DNA of 64,000 bases. Source: an uncultured virus (IMG/VR IMGVR_UViG_3300002231_000147) (taxonomy: Duplodnaviria > Heunggongvirae > Uroviricota > Caudoviricetes). Every line of letters starts with the position of its first letter. The stretch's first letter is position 1. The translations under genes and the position numbers were made by a program. The stretch lies in the IMG/VR virus record IMGVR_UViG_3300002231_000147, positions 1 through 64,000 of that record, one strand, 5' to 3'. Under the pieces are notes generated by a model. That model was given only the letters and a program-made list of their open reading frames with translations, was not told the origin of the DNA and did no database searches. Positions 43,126-53,721 of the stretch are shown piece after piece.

Positions 43126-44146
43126 ACAAATTGCCTTAGTTGGTGATCCACATATTGGGGTAAACAAAAATTCAAACGAATTCTTCGATATAATTGGAGA
43201 ATGGTTTGATTATTTCATCGCTGATCTCCAATCGAGAAATATTTTTAATGTTTTCATCTTAGGTGACTGGTTTCATTACCGTGATGAGATTGCAGTTGAT
43301 GCATTATCATTTGCAACAAGCATTTTGAACAAGTTCCCTAAGAACATGAACGTTTATATGCTCACAGGGAACCACGATTGTTACCTGAAGGATACTTCTG
43401 AGATTCATTCGTTGGGTGCTTACGATAATTGGGATAATGTTTTCATATATGATGTAAATACAACCCTTACTTGTGGTGATAAGACAATTTCTGTGGTTCC
43501 TTGGGGGTGTGATGCCTCTGAATTACCTAAAGCTGACTATATCTTCGGTCATTTTGAAATTAAGAACTTTAAATGGAATGCACATAGCATTTGCACGGAT
43601 GGTATTGACTCGTCAGCACTCGTTAGTAACGGGTCTACTGTTTATACTGGTCATTTCCACCAGAAGCAGACTAAAGATTATAAGAAGGGTCAAATTAACT
43701 ATGTGGGTAGCCCAACCCAACACAATTTTAATGACGTTGGTAACAAAAATGGGTATCATATCCTAGATATCCCCACTGGTGATTGCGAATTTGTTGAAAA
43801 TGAGGGATTCCCTGAGTTTAAATATATTAGATTATCAAAATTAAAGGAAGTTAAATCATCTGATCTAAAAAATAACTTCGTTAAGTTGTTTATCGATGTC
43901 CCAAAGGTGACTGAGAAGCAGATTGAGAAGATTTTAACTAAGTTTTGGAGTCTAAACCCAAGGAATATTGTAGTTGAGGATAAAAATGTAAAGAATTTAG
44001 TTGAAACTTCTGAATTATCTGATAATATTAAGGAAATTGATATACTAGCGTGTATCAAAGAGTTTGTAGACCTATTGGATACAAAGTTAGATAAAGAAAT
44101 AAAGGAGAAGTTAAAATATTATTATGACAAACAACAAGAAAAATAA
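43106..44146 (+). CDS. gp47: Recombination endonuclease subunit (Mre11-like)
   Basis: GDPHIG, LGDWFH, GNHD, VPW, FGHFE, GHFH and YVGSP. Confidence 0.92.
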   Translation: MKTLNCKQIALVGDPHIGVNKNSNEFFDIIGEWFDYFIADLQSRNIFNVFILGDWFHYRDEIAVDALSFATSILNKFPKNMNVYMLTGNHDCYLKDTSEIHSLGAYDNWDNVFIYDVNTTLTCGDKTISVVPWGCDASELPKADYIFGHFEIKNFKWNAHSICTDGIDSSALVSNGSTVYTGHFHQKQTKDYKKGQINYVGSPTQHNFNDVGNKNGYHILDIPTGDCEFVENEGFPEFKYIRLSKLKEVKSSDLKNNFVKLFIDVPKVTEKQIEKILTKFWSLNPRNIVVEDKNVKNLVETSELSDNIKEIDILACIKEFVDLLDTKLDKEIKEKLKYYYDKQQEK

Positions 44147-44354
44147 GCTAGAGAAGGTGTTAACTGAAATCGGAGGTCGATTCTGCACTGTTTCTCATAA
44201 GCGCAAGAACAAGGTATCACGCTACTGTGCAAAGATCGTTGGTAGCACTGCTAACTACATCAGCATCATGGATGTCAACACAGAAAGTGTTGTAAAGATG
44301 AGTAAGGATGCCCTTGTTTCCCTTAAGTGTGGACAAAATCAGTTCGTTGCCTAA
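44124..44354 (+). CDS. Small hypothetical protein
   Basis: 76 aa, basic and beta-rich. Confidence 0.5.
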   Translation: MTNNKKNKLEKVLTEIGGRFCTVSHKRKNKVSRYCAKIVGSTANYISIMDVNTESVVKMSKDALVSLKCGQNQFVA

Positions 44355-45173
44355 ATGGTAAATGGATTTAAAGTTGGATTGGGGATTGTAACATGTGATC
44401 GTCCTGATTATTTGTTACAATCCTATCAATCTGTTGTAAACAACTGTAGGGATTTAGATATTCTATCTGTTGTTAATGATGGGCAACATTTCTCAAAGGA
44501 ACTATCGTCTAAACTAACTACCATGTCGTTCATGCGTGTTACCGAGTCGTATACCCATGAACATTGTCCACTATATCAGAATGTTGCTGTAGGTAAGAAT
44601 GATATTATGGAGCAACTCCTTTATAGAGGTTGTGATTACATCTTTGTCATGGAAGATGATATGATTATCAAGTCTCCTGACGTATTTAAAGCTTATATAG
44701 AGGCTATGGAAGCGTCTGGGATCAAACATATGAACTTCGCCAAACATGGGCAAGCAAATGCGGTAAATGGGGTCATTAAACCCAAATCATGGGTCAATTA
44801 TGATGGTCATAAGGTCGGATTGTATCCAAATCTTGTTGGATCACTCAACATTTTTCATAAAGATGTATTAAATGAGGTAGGATTATATGATACGGAGTAT
44901 CATAATGCATATGAACACATTGATCATACATATAGGGTGTGTCAGACTGGTAAATACCACCCGCAATTCTGGAATTTTGCTGATCTAGTGGATTCAGAAG
45001 AATATGTTACTGAAATTGAGGGTAGTATCGAAAATACAACTAGAAAAGATGTATCTGAACATGTTAAAAACGGATATAATAGATTTATTGAGAAGTATGG
45101 TATTAGAATCAACCAAGTCCCTCGCGTATCAAATAAAGAACTTACACAAAAACTAATACAATTAAAGCCATGA
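44355..45173 (+). CDS. GT2-family glycosyltransferase
   Basis: GIVTCDRP, VVNDG, NVAVGKN, FVMEDD, VGLYD and EHIDHTYR. Confidence 0.85.
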   Translation: MVNGFKVGLGIVTCDRPDYLLQSYQSVVNNCRDLDILSVVNDGQHFSKELSSKLTTMSFMRVTESYTHEHCPLYQNVAVGKNDIMEQLLYRGCDYIFVMEDDMIIKSPDVFKAYIEAMEASGIKHMNFAKHGQANAVNGVIKPKSWVNYDGHKVGLYPNLVGSLNIFHKDVLNEVGLYDTEYHNAYEHIDHTYRVCQTGKYHPQFWNFADLVDSEEYVTEIEGSIENTTRKDVSEHVKNGYNRFIEKYGIRINQVPRVSNKELTQKLIQLKP

Positions 45174-45943
45174 AGATAGATTTTTCAGATATTAGTATAA
45201 TCTCACATGTTAGGGTAGATAATCCTGATCGATTAAAAAATTTTAGGATTAGGAATGAATTTTATCGCAAATATTGCGATAATTTGGAAATGATTCATGT
45301 TGAGGATGATGTTAAAACTAAATGTAATCCCAATCCTGTTGACAAATATATGCTAACTAATAATTCGGGCATATATAATAAGAACGCATCATATAATAAG
45401 GGAGTTGAGTTATCCGATAGAAAATATTATCTGTTCTTGGATGTTGACTGCGTTATTTCCCCAAATGTTGTTAAATTAATGGCAGATCAGTTTGGTGGTG
45501 ATTCAGTAATATATCCATATAAGAAAGTATTATACTCAACTAAGGCGTTTGCGCAACATTTTGCACAAACTATGTCAACTCAGTCATTAGTTGGATGTAA
45601 ACCTAAGTGTGGTCGTGTATTTATGGATTCCTGTGGGGGTGCTATATTACTTAGCCGTGAGATGTTCGTAAAAACAGGTGGATTCAACCCAAACTTCACT
45701 GGATGGGGGTATGAGGATACTGAATACAGGGATAGATGTAAAAAAATGGAAACACGTATTGTTAGACCATCCGACGATATAACAATGCTACACTTATTCC
45801 ATGGAGAACACTCATTTAATAGATCAAAACAAACTCGATCACTCCAATATAAACAAAACAAACGAGAATTGGATAAGGTTAGAGGTATGACACCAGAACA
45901 ATGTGTAAACCACATGAAAGGATGGGATATTTATGAAGATTAA
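45170..45943 (+). CDS. GT2/GT7-like glycosyltransferase
   Basis: YNKG, FLDVD, GGAIL, GGFNPNFTGWGYEDTE and HLFH. Confidence 0.85.
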   Translation: MKIDFSDISIISHVRVDNPDRLKNFRIRNEFYRKYCDNLEMIHVEDDVKTKCNPNPVDKYMLTNNSGIYNKNASYNKGVELSDRKYYLFLDVDCVISPNVVKLMADQFGGDSVIYPYKKVLYSTKAFAQHFAQTMSTQSLVGCKPKCGRVFMDSCGGAILLSREMFVKTGGFNPNFTGWGYEDTEYRDRCKKMETRIVRPSDDITMLHLFHGEHSFNRSKQTRSLQYKQNKRELDKVRGMTPEQCVNHMKGWDIYED

Positions 45944-46766
45944 TATATTTGATAAGAATTTTATTACATATGATAAATCATCTACCTTTGGTAAAGCACC
46001 AAGGTCATTTGAGTATGTAAAAAACCAACGTAATTTTGATGGGATCACATTATTTACTGATAAGTGTTTCAATCAAGTGCATAACGCTAACTCAAAGTAT
46101 AATATCGCTTGGCAAGTAGAGTCTCCTGTTCATTCGGATAAAGATTTCTACCCAATGTTGAAATATGCTGACAAATTCGACATGATCTTCACATATGATG
46201 AAGAATTAGTTCAAAAAAACCCAAAGAAGTTCAAGAGAGTTAACTTTGGTGGAACAACTGTATCGAATCCTATGATGTATCCAAAAACCAAGGACATTTG
46301 TATTGTCCATTCGGGTAAGAACGATACACCTAATCACGCAAAGCGCGTAGAGGTTATCAAGAAATACGATATAGACGTGTATGGTAAGGTAACTGGTAAG
46401 CGATTTAAGAACATCCAAGACATATATAGGGATTATCGCTTCGCAATTGTTATCGAAAATATCAATCATGATAATTATTTTTCGGAAAAGTTAACAGATG
46501 CAATGGCTTGTGGAACTATGCCCATTTATTGTGGGTCATTTAAGAGTGTAGATGCATTATTTAACCCAAGAGGGGTATGTAAATGGGACTCACTAGAATC
46601 ATTGGATGCTAGTATGTGGTCGGATCAGTTTGATGAGGCGTTTTATGAAAGATACCGTGATGGTATCGAAGATAATCTAAAAAAAGCTACAACAGAATTT
46701 TATACCAACGAAGATTGGTTATACAACAACTATATAAGGAACTTTATTAATGAACAAGAACGATAA
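45933..46766 (+). CDS. GT10 (alpha-1,3-fucosyltransferase-like) glycosyltransferase
   Basis: WQVESP and YRFAIVIEN...YFSEKLTDAMACGTMPIYCG. Confidence 0.85.
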   Translation: MKINIFDKNFITYDKSSTFGKAPRSFEYVKNQRNFDGITLFTDKCFNQVHNANSKYNIAWQVESPVHSDKDFYPMLKYADKFDMIFTYDEELVQKNPKKFKRVNFGGTTVSNPMMYPKTKDICIVHSGKNDTPNHAKRVEVIKKYDIDVYGKVTGKRFKNIQDIYRDYRFAIVIENINHDNYFSEKLTDAMACGTMPIYCGSFKSVDALFNPRGVCKWDSLESLDASMWSDQFDEAFYERYRDGIEDNLKKATTEFYTNEDWLYNNYIRNFINEQER

Positions 46767-47367
46767 TTTTGGACATCCAAGTGGTATGTTCTGGTATGAT
46801 GACAACTTCGCCTTCATCCCAGTGCCTAAGAACGCATCATCTACTGTCAGTAGTATGCTTAACCTACGGAGTAACGTTGGTTATGCTAATGGTGACATGG
46901 ATAAACTAACTGAGTTGAATACATTTGCTATTATTAGGAATCCATATACTCGTATTATCTCAGCATACTCAGAAATACTCAAGTTGCGTCCAGATGGTGG
47001 GGTTGCTACAACCAGACAACTTCCCTTTTTTAAGGTGAGTGACCCAATTAGGAAGTTTGATCAATTCATTCGCGATATACGGGAAGAAGGGTTCTATGAT
47101 GCCCATATTCAACCACAATCATACTATATTGCAGATTACCCTGTCGATAATTTACTTAGATTTGAGCACCTACAAGAAGACTTAACTAAGATGCTTCATG
47201 ATAATGGGTTTTCTGCATTCAATACACAAAATAAGAATGTATCTAAATTAAATAAGAACATATATATGGACTATATTAATACTAATCGAACTATTGGGTC
47301 TATTATACAGAGCCTGTATTCAGATGACTTTAAACTATTCGATAAATTAGCAGATAATTATGAATAA
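46750..47367 (+). CDS. Carbohydrate sulfotransferase (Sulfotransfer_2-like)
   Basis: FIPVPKNASSTV (5'-PAPS site), IIRNPYTRIISAY (3'-PAPS site), HIQPQ, LRFE and YSDDF. Confidence 0.85.
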   Translation: MNKNDNFGHPSGMFWYDDNFAFIPVPKNASSTVSSMLNLRSNVGYANGDMDKLTELNTFAIIRNPYTRIISAYSEILKLRPDGGVATTRQLPFFKVSDPIRKFDQFIRDIREEGFYDAHIQPQSYYIADYPVDNLLRFEHLQEDLTKMLHDNGFSAFNTQNKNVSKLNKNIYMDYINTNRTIGSIIQSLYSDDFKLFDKLADNYE

Positions 47368-48097
47368 TTTGATAAGCATGGAAGGTAAGAACTTCGGGGA
47401 TGCTCTAAATTCAACATTATATAAGTTTATAAGTGGAACGGATTCGGTTCATCATAAAATGGGCTACACTGGTGAGGCATATATGATGATTGGCTCCATT
47501 TTAAACCAAGCTAAGGCTAAAACTATTGTATGGGGTTCAGGTATTGCTCAAACTCATGGTGATATTGGGCTAAAGTGTGACATACGGGCTGTTCGAGGTC
47601 CATTATCAAAATATTTTGCTGATCTAAATGGTATTGAATGTCCTGAAGTGTATGGTGATCCTGTATTACTGATGCCTCGTTACTATAACCCAGATGTTAC
47701 TAAAAAATATAAGCTAGGTATTATACCACACGTGTTAGATTATGGTTATGTTTCAATAACTGGTGATGATATCACGGTGATTGACTTATTACAGTCATAT
47801 GATGAAGTAATTAAACAAATAAAATCGTGCGATAAAGTCATATCAAGCTCTTTACATGGTTTAATTGCTGCGGATGCGTATGGTATTCCTTCAAAATGGG
47901 TTGAATTCGGGGATAGAGTAATTGGGGGTGGATTAAAATTCCAAGATTATTATCAATCTATTGGTTATATGGATGAAACTCCACTTGATTTTAGAAATAA
48001 TGATGTATCTATAAAAAATACATTGACAGCAATTGTTAAACATGATATCCAATTGGATATAGACATGCTATATGATGCGTGTCCCTTTAAAAAATAG
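47360..48097 (+). CDS. Polysaccharide pyruvyltransferase family protein (ExoV-like)
   Basis: NFGDAL, IGSIL, VRGPLS, GDPVLL, IIPH, SSSLHGLIAADAYGIP and KFQDYY. Confidence 0.85.
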   Translation: MNNLISMEGKNFGDALNSTLYKFISGTDSVHHKMGYTGEAYMMIGSILNQAKAKTIVWGSGIAQTHGDIGLKCDIRAVRGPLSKYFADLNGIECPEVYGDPVLLMPRYYNPDVTKKYKLGIIPHVLDYGYVSITGDDITVIDLLQSYDEVIKQIKSCDKVISSSLHGLIAADAYGIPSKWVEFGDRVIGGGLKFQDYYQSIGYMDETPLDFRNNDVSIKNTLTAIVKHDIQLDIDMLYDACPFKK

Positions 48098-48100
48098 ATT

Positions 48101-48541
48101 ATGCACGAAGAATATGCACATATAGGAGAATTACACTTTAAAGTAATGGAAGAAGTTGGAGAATTACTCCAAGCTTACGGTAAAGTGGGTCGATTTGGGG
48201 CAATGAGTAAGCATCCTGATCGCCCAGAAGGGTTAACCAACGCTGAACAAGTCATTATGGAGTGTGAAGACGTTGTAACACGTGTAAGAGAGCTTAAAGC
48301 TGAGATGTATGATGTTATGCGCGTTGAAACCAACAAGGCTCTAACTGAGGCTATCGAAACTGGTGACATGACTGAAGATGATGCAGCTCAGATTCTATCT
48401 GAATCAATTAATTCAGAAGTAGAAAGCTGTGTTGTTGATAATATGAAAGATATGAATGACATTAAATTAGTTTCTGCACTAGTTGATGAGTTAGATGAGA
48501 ACATTCAAACACCTGGTGTCTCAATCAGGGAGGTAGATTAA
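48101..48541 (+). CDS. MazG-like nucleotide pyrophosphohydrolase
   Basis: MEEVGELLQAYGK...ECEDV. Confidence 0.65.
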   Translation: MHEEYAHIGELHFKVMEEVGELLQAYGKVGRFGAMSKHPDRPEGLTNAEQVIMECEDVVTRVRELKAEMYDVMRVETNKALTEAIETGDMTEDDAAQILSESINSEVESCVVDNMKDMNDIKLVSALVDELDENIQTPGVSIREVD

Positions 48542-50313
48542 TGTTAAAATTTAAATCACTATCAGTAGAGAACTTTTTATCGATTGGTAAAGACCCAATT
48601 GAGGTATCCTTCATTGAAGGTCTCAGTATTATCACTGGAACTAACAAAGATAAGGATGATCGAAGTAACGGAACGGGTAAATCCTCTTCCATGGAGGCAT
48701 TATACTTCGGTATAACAGGTAAAACCCTCCGTGGACTGAATAAAGCGGATATTGTAAACAAGAAAACCAAGAAGGGAACCAAGGTTACAGTCGAATTCAG
48801 TAAAGGTCCGACTGAATATAAGATCGTTCGTGGTATCAAACCATCTATCTTGACAGTTTACGTAAATGGTAAGGATGTAAGTCGCGATAGTATCTCAAAT
48901 ACCCAATCCGAAATAGATAATGTTATAGGAATTAACGAAGATGTTATAAAAAATTCGGTAATTATGGGGATTAATCAGACAATCCCATTTATGGCACAGA
49001 CTAAAGTTGAAAAACGTAAGTTTATTGAAGGTATTTTCGATATGACTATGTTTTCTGACATGCTTAAGATGTGTAGAAAGGATTATAATGAGATCGCTAA
49101 GGAACTTACTGCACTAACATCCCAAACTGAAGAGAAAGAACGCAACTTTGATACATATAAAGAACAAGAATCGAAGTTTGAAGAGTCTAAGAAGTCTCGT
49201 CTGTCTGATGTATCCGAGCGTATTGGTGAATTGGATACAGGTTTGTCTAAATTACTTGAAGAATATAGTGAAGTTGACTTATCTGATGATAAAACTGTAT
49301 GTGAGGACAGTATAAAAGACTGTAGATTGAAGAGTGAGAAATTTAGAGATAAGAAAACGGAGATTGTTACTGTAAATAATCGATTCTCATCTGAGATTAG
49401 TGCAATCCCATCTAAGATTGAAGAGGCTAAGAAGGCAACTACATGCCCTAAGTGCAATCGACCATATGATGATCATGATGAAGACCACTTAAGAGACCGT
49501 ATCCGTGAGTTAGAAGAACAGGTTCCAAAATACATGGCTAAAATTGCTAAGAACGAAGCAGCTATTACCAAGATTCAGACAGGTATTGATAAATTTAACG
49601 ATCAGATTAAGTCCAAAGAACTATCTCTGCGCGAAATCCAAGCTAAGATCATGGAAAATAAGGTTCTAGCTACTCGTATTGAGGATTATAAGCGCGATAT
49701 TGATCAATTAAATAAAGATAAGCAGAAAATTGAGGATGAGAAGAATGAATTATCTGATATTGTTAAGAAGATCGAAGGTGAGATCGGTGAGAATCGAAAA
49801 AATATTGGAATTAAGGAGACAGATGTCCAAGTTCTTGATCAGATTAAGTTTATTCTTGGTGAAAATGGGGTAAAATCATTTATCATCAACAAAATGTTAG
49901 ATATATTCAATAATCGCATCAATGTTTACTTAGATAAGCTAAATGCCAACTGTGTGTTGAAGTTTGACGAGTTTTTTGAGGAAAAAATTATTAATGATAA
50001 GAATCACGAGTGTTCTTACTTCAATTTCTCTAGTGGTGAGCGTAGAAACATAGATATTGCGATTATGTTCGCATTTATGGACATCCAGAAGCTCCAAGGT
50101 AAGTTTGATTGTAACATTATGGTGTTTGATGAGTTGATTGACGGATCATTAGATGAAGAAGGTGTTGGATTTGTCCTTGACATCCTCTTGGATAAGTGTA
50201 AAGTCGATGGACGGTGTGTATATCTTATAACACACCGAAAAGAAGCTGCACAATATGCTACAGGTGATCTAATTCAAATAGAAAAACAGAACGGAATCAG
50301 TAGAAGGGTATGA
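48541..50313 (+). CDS. gp46: Recombination ATPase subunit (Rad50-like)
   Basis: NFLSIG, NGTGKSS, CPKC hook, FSSGE, FDELID and ITH. Confidence 0.95.
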   Translation: MLKFKSLSVENFLSIGKDPIEVSFIEGLSIITGTNKDKDDRSNGTGKSSSMEALYFGITGKTLRGLNKADIVNKKTKKGTKVTVEFSKGPTEYKIVRGIKPSILTVYVNGKDVSRDSISNTQSEIDNVIGINEDVIKNSVIMGINQTIPFMAQTKVEKRKFIEGIFDMTMFSDMLKMCRKDYNEIAKELTALTSQTEEKERNFDTYKEQESKFEESKKSRLSDVSERIGELDTGLSKLLEEYSEVDLSDDKTVCEDSIKDCRLKSEKFRDKKTEIVTVNNRFSSEISAIPSKIEEAKKATTCPKCNRPYDDHDEDHLRDRIRELEEQVPKYMAKIAKNEAAITKIQTGIDKFNDQIKSKELSLREIQAKIMENKVLATRIEDYKRDIDQLNKDKQKIEDEKNELSDIVKKIEGEIGENRKNIGIKETDVQVLDQIKFILGENGVKSFIINKMLDIFNNRINVYLDKLNANCVLKFDEFFEEKIINDKNHECSYFNFSSGERRNIDIAIMFAFMDIQKLQGKFDCNIMVFDELIDGSLDEEGVGFVLDILLDKCKVDGRCVYLITHRKEAAQYATGDLIQIEKQNGISRRV

Positions 50314-50543
50314 AACGAAAGAAAGTTAAGATGGTAGTAGAGCAAGTCATCGGATGTGATGAGGTAATTGCATTAAGAGATAGACTCAACCTAATTATCG
50401 ATGATAAGAAGGGAATGAAGTTGATTGACCAAGAAATTATTACATTCTCATTTGGTGTGTATGGCAGAAAACTTCGAATTAATGAATTATCGTTAAAGGA
50501 AATTGAGGGAGAAAACCTTAATCCAAGTGAATTAAATAAATAA
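50310..50543 (+). CDS. Hypothetical protein
   Basis: ATGA-coupled 77-aa ORF. Confidence 0.5.
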   Translation: MKRKKVKMVVEQVIGCDEVIALRDRLNLIIDDKKGMKLIDQEIITFSFGVYGRKLRINELSLKEIEGENLNPSELNK

Positions 50544-50550
50544 TTACACT

Positions 50551-50763
50551 ATGAGACTATTTGAACAAAAACTCCAAGAATATTATAAGAAGAACAATCT
50601 CGAAGAGAATGTTGACGCTGATCCACAAGATGCAGCTGAGGAAAAGAAGCTTGAAAAGGTTGATGACGAACTCCGTAAGGAAACCATCAAGGGCAAGGAA
50701 GCTGAATTAAAGGCTACTAAGAAGCAAAACCAACAAAGACAACAAAATGGAAGCGCACTCTAA
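50551..50763 (+). CDS. Small late protein
   Basis: AATAAATA upstream; MRLFEQKLQE N-terminus. Confidence 0.5.
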   Translation: MRLFEQKLQEYYKKNNLEENVDADPQDAAEEKKLEKVDDELRKETIKGKEAELKATKKQNQQRQQNGSAL

Positions 50764-51136
50764 TAAATCATTCCTTCAAATCATTGAAGAAGAAAAAGGT
50801 AAGCTACTTACTGAAGCGGAATTCGTTAAAGGTAATGAAGATAGCGAATTGCCTGATAGTGGTCAAGATGAAGCTCCTGAAGAACAACCTCAACCTGAAG
50901 AACAACCTCAACCTGAAGAACAACCTCAACCTGAAGCTCCTGAGCAACAAACAGATGATGTTGGTGCATTCAATAGCCGAGAGGTAGATATTTTAAACAC
51001 TGCACTTAGATTATATAGAGATAATGATAAGTATAGTATTGAATCAAAAAATGATCTTGGACAATTGTTCGACCAAGGTCATCATCAACAGCTACTTGAT
51101 CGGTTGATTGGTGTAGCTGACGAACTAATCAACTAA
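50747..51136 (+). CDS. Acidic late protein with PEEQPQ repeats
   Basis: LLTEAE motif and an internal tandem repeat. Confidence 0.55.
   Translation: MEAHSNKSFLQIIEEEKGKLLTEAEFVKGNEDSELPDSGQDEAPEEQPQPEEQPQPEEQPQPEAPEQQTDDVGAFNSREVDILNTALRLYRDNDKYSIESKNDLGQLFDQGHHQQLLDRLIGVADELIN
50876..50936 (+). repeat. 18-bp tandem repeat, three full copies plus a partial
   Basis: CCTGAAGAACAACCTCAA repeated perfectly. Confidence 0.9.
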
Positions 51137-51147
51137 TAAAAAAACTT

Positions 51148-52702
51148 ATGACCGAAGGAATCCAAAATATTAAGGGAGATATTATATCTATCTATGAAAA
51201 CGATGGCAGCAAAGCTGATGCAAAGCGATACATCCGAGAAAAATTAGGACTTGGGGAAACTCAAGCTAAGACATGGGCAAAACGCATTCATGATGAGTGT
51301 ATTGCTATGGGTAGTGTGGATGAAGCTGTAGATGATGATGATGAAATTAATACTGTATATGAAGAGGCAGTAATTGGAGTTGAAGAACATTCTGATCCAA
51401 AGAAGTTGGACTCTGATTTGGAGTTTGCTGACCAATACATTTATAATAAGGAGGAAGATAATTACATCTTCTTACTTGATAAGAGATTTGGTAAGAATGT
51501 TATCCTAGATGGCTCTTCTGTTCGATCTATCATCAAGAACTATAGTAATTATGATGGCAACCCTGACTCTATTAACAAGGTGTCTATCACATATGGTGTT
51601 CCTCGTAACATCATGATTGCTATATTAAAGATTTTAGGTATTACTCACGACTCTATCCCATTCTCACCAGAAGAGTTTGAAGATAAAAAGGTAGATACAC
51701 TTAAGGATGAATACTTGATGGGTAAGCGTTTTGCTGTAGCTCAACAAATTCAAAAAGCTGACTGGCAAGAAACAGAAAAGGCAGCTAAACTTTGGAATCA
51801 GTTTAAGGTTGGTAAATACAACCCATTTATTGAAGCAATCAATGACTGGCAAGCACCATCTGTTCCATCTATTACATCAATCGATGCTCCACGTGATGAT
51901 AACAAGACATTTATGTGCGTATTGACTGATACCCATATTGGAGAACTGGTTAAACACACGTGGGAAGGTAAGACATTCAACACACAAAAGGCTGTTGAAA
52001 ATATCGTATCATATTTGAATCAAATTGGAGCTAAACTAAGTGAGCGCAAGGCAGTTCCGACTAATTGTAAGTTAGTTATTATGGGCGACATCCTCAACTC
52101 ATTCGTTGACGGTATGACACGTAAAGGAACTAAGCTACATAACGATATTATCAATGCTGATTTGTTCAAGGTAGGTCTAGATGTTCTTATTACATTTGTC
52201 CAAACACTTCGTTCGATCTTCCCTAACGTTGACATTAGTTGCGTAAAGGGTAATCATGATAGTGAATTGATTTATGCAGTATACTACTCAACATCTCGTT
52301 ATTTTGAGAATGATGAAAACATCGTTTGGAATATTTCCGATTACTGGTTGGATTCATTTAAGGTTAACAACTGTTACTTTATCTATTCACATGGTAAAGA
52401 TGATGTGAACCACATTGGTCTCCCAGCTACTAACGGTAAGAAGTTCGAAAGCTTTGTGCAATCACTTCTCCTTGCTAAGATTGAAGAATTAATTGGTGTT
52501 CAAAGTAAATACTTTATCTCAGGTCACTTACACTCATATCAACACAATGAGCTTAATGATTTTGAACTAAATTCAAGTTCCAGCTTCTGTTAATGCGGAT
52601 GACTTTGCTGAATCGTTAGGGTTTAGATCAAAGGCAAGACAGAATTGTTTCATCGTTGGTGAAAATCATATTGAAGACACATTACACTTTTTCTTTGATT
52701 AA
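51148..52702 (+). CDS. Calcineurin-like metallophosphoesterase with a long N-terminal region (indel near 52570)
   Basis: TDTHIG, MGDIL, KGNHD, SHG and SGHLH. Confidence 0.8.
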
Positions 52703-52740
52703 TATATAAATAATTAAAACTAACAATTATATAATATATT

Positions 52741-53382
52741 ATGGGACATGGTAAAGATTTCAATGAATTAGGTCAGATTTATTCTGGCGAACTAGTAACA
52801 GAGTCAACTCAAGCTGAGGATGATGTAAAGAAGAAGGCAGGGCAAGACTATGGTCGAGCAATGGCTGATCATTATGCTGATGAAGATGAGGAAAAGAAGG
52901 ATGACACTGTTGAAGAAAAGTGCGAAGACGAAAAAGATGAGGAAACCGTAGAGGAAGAAGCATCCGAAGAAACTGATGAGGTTGAAACTGTTGAGGAAGA
53001 CGAAGACGTTGTTGAAGAGGAAGATGAAGAGACTGTCGAAGAGGGTCTTGGTGATCGTATCGGAGCAACTGCTTCAGCTGCAAAGGGTGCAGCTGGTGAC
53101 TGGATGGGTGGAGTAATGGACGCTATGAAGGGTGACGTTAGTTCTAGACGTAAGAATCCTAAGAAGAAGTTCGAAGACACTAAGCGTCAACGTATTTTCG
53201 AAGCACACCTTAAGAAGATTAAAGGAAACCTTAGCTCATTTGTTACTGATTTAGTCAAATTGAAACTAATGGATGAAAACGAAGCGGAAGCATTTGCTAA
53301 AGGTGTATATGATCAAGTTACATCTACAATGACTAAAGCAAATCAAAGTAGAGCACTCAAGGGACGTAAGTTCCGTGACTAA
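52741..53382 (+). CDS. Acidic late protein (putative head internal protein)
   Basis: TATAAATA at 52705-52712; repeated TVEE motifs; LVTES. Confidence 0.6.
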   Translation: MGHGKDFNELGQIYSGELVTESTQAEDDVKKKAGQDYGRAMADHYADEDEEKKDDTVEEKCEDEKDEETVEEEASEETDEVETVEEDEDVVEEEDEETVEEGLGDRIGATASAAKGAAGDWMGGVMDAMKGDVSSRRKNPKKKFEDTKRQRIFEAHLKKIKGNLSSFVTDLVKLKLMDENEAEAFAKGVYDQVTSTMTKANQSRALKGRKFRD

Positions 53383-53403
53383 TCTGATAAGATAATAAAT
53401 TTC

Positions 53404-53434
53404 AAACCCCACTTAGAAATAAGTGGGGTTTTTT
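53404..53434 (+). terminator. Intrinsic terminator
   Basis: AAACCCCACTTA / TAAGTGGGGTTT stem with a T-tract. Confidence 0.8.
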
Positions 53435-53470
53435 GTTGAAAAGTATAATACTAAATGATAATATGTCTAT

Positions 53471-53719
53471 ATGACAAATCAAGAAGTAAGTAGATATATA
53501 GGGAAGACTGTTTTTTATAAAGTTGGCGAAGGTGCATATAGTCGCATACAGGAAGGTGAGGTAATTGCTGTCCGAGGTGATATTGTAACAATGTGCGAAG
53601 AGGGTGCTGGGTATCAATCACATTTTGAATCATCTAACATAACTATTGTTCAAGAAGTTGCCCCAATTAAGGCTAGTAACGAGAACACCCAATCAAACGA
53701 ACAAGTAATCGAAGGTTAA
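53471..53719 (+). CDS. Hypothetical protein
   Basis: 82-aa ORF. Confidence 0.55.
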   Translation: MTNQEVSRYIGKTVFYKVGEGAYSRIQEGEVIAVRGDIVTMCEEGAGYQSHFESSNITIVQEVAPIKASNENTQSNEQVIEG

Positions 53720-53721
53720 TT

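Noticed and set aside
50876..50936. Iteron or regulatory repeat
   Set aside because: It is an in-frame PEEQPQ low-complexity linker.
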